A stretch of 64,000 bases of DNA from Nemertoderma westbladi (Eukaryota > Animalia > Xenacoelomorpha). The notes under the pieces were generated by a model. That model was not told the origin of the DNA and did not search any database. It worked only from the letters and a program-made list of their open reading frames with translations. The position numbers and the translations under genes are program-made. Within the stretch, counting starts at the first letter, position 1. Each line of letters starts with the position of its first letter. Positions 61,026-64,000 of this stretch are shown here, in pieces. The stretch spans positions 62,001 through 126,000 of the forward strand of contig JAUCBJ010000788.1 in assembly GCA_032718475.1 (NCBI GenBank). Reading direction: 5' to 3'.

Positions 61026-61688
61026 TGTGACGGGATCGTAGATCCCGACCGGGTTAGATTTGTACGCGTCACCGTCCTGCTGGGCTGCTGAGCTAATTGT
61101 TGTTTGGCCAAAGGCCGTCGGGGAAAATAACAGAGTTTGTGTTTCTCAATGTTAATATTCCGAATGATAATAGCACAGATTCAGTACGTAATTGATACCA
61201 CAATACACAATAACAGCAGTAAATCAGTAATAGATATTGGTTGGCGACGGTTGTAAACTATGACCGGTCTGCAACTCTATGATTGATCAACTGACCGGTA
61301 AATCAGTAATACAGAATAATATATGATTGATATACACAGATATTGGTTTCACCTCTTACTCTACTTGGCCTTCTGTACCCAGTGGATGCTTTCCTATCTC
61401 TGATCACGTGCTTCCCTGCCTGCTATTGGCTAATATACTAATTGTCACTTTGGCACTCCCTGTGAGTGTTTCCCCCGCCGTTAGCCTATACTAGCTGTGT
61501 TCTCCCTCCGAGGTGGTTTGACCTCTCACCTCTCTCTGTGGCTTTAGGGCTTGTGTCGCCCCCCCCCCCCCCAAAGTTGGTTATGAGGCGAGATTATTAT
61601 TGGCAATCTCGTATCCCCAACTATATTGGTAAAATGCCACTGGTCCCATTTTCGGGTGGATAATGCATCGGAATTGAATCCGCTTACA
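61026..61688. mobile_element. Solo LTR (663 bp), related to 27601-28147
   Basis: TGT...ACA termini, ATATA on both sides, end similarity to the Polinton-internal solo LTR. Confidence 0.7.
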
Positions 61689-61876
61689 ATATATGTAACT
61701 ACTGTAAGTCTGTCGGTGACTGTGTGTACATTTCGCGAAGGTTTATTTGAAATTAAACGGCAATTAATTAGCCCTTATCTTTTATGTTTATGCATGATAT
61801 CGGACGCCAGGGGAGGATCCATGGGGGGGGGGGGGGGGCACGGGGGGGCACATGCACCATGCTATACCATGCTATA

Positions 61877-62544
61877 CCACCACAACTACAGTAGGAATAC
61901 ATTACATTACATGTCAACCATTAAAGCTTTATAGAACAAATAAACAGATGTTTGTTTGCAAGCTAATAAGGTCTTAATTACTCCTACCTAGTTTTCAAGC
62001 ACAGAACCATAAAATTTGGATCAATAACATACAGTACAGTATATACTGTATCAACCAGCAAAGCATATAGAACTTATTAACGTAATATATGCAACGCATT
62101 CATTTGGCGCAGGACGATGTAATCATACTTAGCATAAGGGTTCCATTGTTTCAAATGTTTAATAGACGATTTCTACTGTAGGTAGAGGTAGACATGTTTA
62201 CTGCTGAGTCCCCTTACTAAAATTCTAATTCAGATTTTTGACACCACAACGCCATAGTTTGTTTTTATTTTATCATATATTGAGAGTTATTAGCCTTCAA
62301 AGATTTTCCAGCCTACATACTGACGGACTGACCTGGCTGAAACAGCTCAGAAACATGCTCATCACGCTTACTTTGTCGCCCCATATTTCTTTGCGAAATA
62401 ATATTTACCCTCTAAAAATTTCATTGCGTGCAAATGCTATACATAAAAAAGTAGACCTAAACTGTAGTGTAATGTACAGTATATAAACTTGTAATTATAT
62501 GGAAAACAAACGCGCTTTTTCCTCGGCGGCACCTTGATGTAGAA
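61877..62544. repeat. Dispersed ~680-bp direct repeat, copy 2
   Basis: Aligns with 59158-59842. Confidence 0.9.
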
Positions 62545-62744
62545 TTCGCACAATTGTTTATTGCACAAAATGTCCTTTTCACCTCCCCTTAACTGGATTT
62601 TTTTACTTTCCCTCGCTAGCAGTAAACTATCGTGCACGTAAAGGATCCAGCCGTCACCGCATAGATCATTCTAACTTATCCTCCAGGTAGTACCAGTAGA
62701 CGTTGGATATACTAGGATCGGCATGAGGCATTGCAGCTGCATTT

Positions 62745-63315
62745 TTAAGAATGCTGTGCCGGCTTGTCGACAAAATTGCGCCGCCACAACTCCCTATCAC
62801 CCATGACATTTGCTAGAGCATCCGCATCTTCAAAGCCAGTGTCCTTTAAGATGCGTCTCAAGAAAGTCATGGGCTGTCCACCATGCTTAGTCACTCCACG
62901 AACCTGCCAAAGCACAAGATTATGCACTGGCTGGTCCTCACGGCGATAGCAATGTCCTGCAAAGCGGAGGCGATACTGTTCTAGTGTCAAGCTTGGGGGA
63001 ACCAATGAGACACCTCCAATGTTATATAGTGTCTGGATGGAGATGTGTGCATTGTACTTGACACAATGAACCCGGCGTAGCATTATTGTGAATGTGCCAT
63101 CCAAAGATTTGGTGTTCTCAGCAGTTAGAGCCCAGCATGGACTCCCATAGAGGAGTACGGGAACTACTGCTGCTCTAAATAATCGGACCTAAGTTTCCGA
63201 ATAATTCTCGGTGACTTCCAAATCCTGGAAAGCCTATTCAAGGCTGCCCATGCCTTTCCCTTACGTATTCGATGGTCCTCACCTGACTTCCGGATCCATG
63301 ATCCCAGGTAACAGA
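62745..63315 (-). pseudogene. RTE-clade LINE ORF 3' fragment
   Basis: YLGSWI..R.GKAWAA...L..IW, LLYGS..WAL, LDG.FT.MLR, RLRFAGHC.R. Confidence 0.85.
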
Positions 63316-63565
63316 AGTAGAAATAACAACGAAATAACAGACGTTGGATATGCGGTGTGTCTGATAGTACCAGTGTATGCCTAAATGCCACTAAAATTGA
63401 TAATTTTGCATTGCAGTAATTAATTATTAATTACATTGTAAATAATTACCCAATTACCCAGGTACCTCTTCGCGGGGCATAGATTCTCCGTGAGGACCAG
63501 CCTGGGAAATCTCTTTTGCTTTGGCAGCCTCATGGAGAGAATAAGCAAGCTGGGAAAGTCCGTGA

Positions 63566-64000
63566 CTTTCCTGACACATCTATTAAGTGAGAGCAGCCTT
63601 GTAGAAAGTCTTTCCTGACACATCTATTAAGTGACAGCAGCCTTGTAGAACGTCTTTCCTGACACATCTATTAAGTGAGAGCAGCCTTGTAGAAAGTCTT
63701 TCCTGACACATCTATTAAGTGACAGCAGCCTTGTAGAACGTCTTTCCTGACACATCTATTAAGTGACAGCAGCCTTGTAGAAAGTCTTTCCTGACACATC
63801 TATTAAGTGACAGCAGCCTTGTAGAAAGTCTTTCCTGACACATCTATTAAGTGACAGCAGCCTTGTAGAAAGTCTTTCCTGACACATCTATTAAGTGAGA
63901 GCAGCCTTGTAGAACGTCTTTCCTGACACATCTATTAAGTGACAGCAGCCTTGTAGAATGTCTTTCCTGACACATCTATTAAGTGAGAGCAGCCTTGTAG
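63566..64000. repeat. 44-bp tandem repeat, same family as 59941-60568, open at the right window edge
   Basis: Direct observation. Confidence 0.97.

Overview
Eukaryotic (animal-like, AT-rich) repeat-dense DNA with no recognisable host gene. 1-19840 is a 37/39-bp satellite with a 9,158-bp higher-order period. 20273-44794 is a complete but mutationally decayed Polinton/Maverick endogenous virus (AGTAGT termini, ~430-bp TIRs, AATGTA target-site duplication). It encodes a protein-primed PolB, integrase, packaging ATPase, adenain-like protease, major capsid, TWO tandem minor-capsid genes and core proteins. Its accessory genes include a TBP-like gene and a PC4-like gene on either side of PolB, a RING finger gene and a DEDD-like nuclease gene. 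The Polinton landed inside a LINE and was itself hit by a young GC-rich Gypsy element, a solo LTR and a Kolobok-like MITE. The right third holds nested LINE and DNA-transposon remnants, a 24-bp minisatellite with coding potential, a related solo LTR and a 44-bp satellite. The most novel-looking signal is the PC4-like / PolB / TBP-like cassette, a possible element-encoded transcription module. All protein calls are motif recognition by eye, not database hits.
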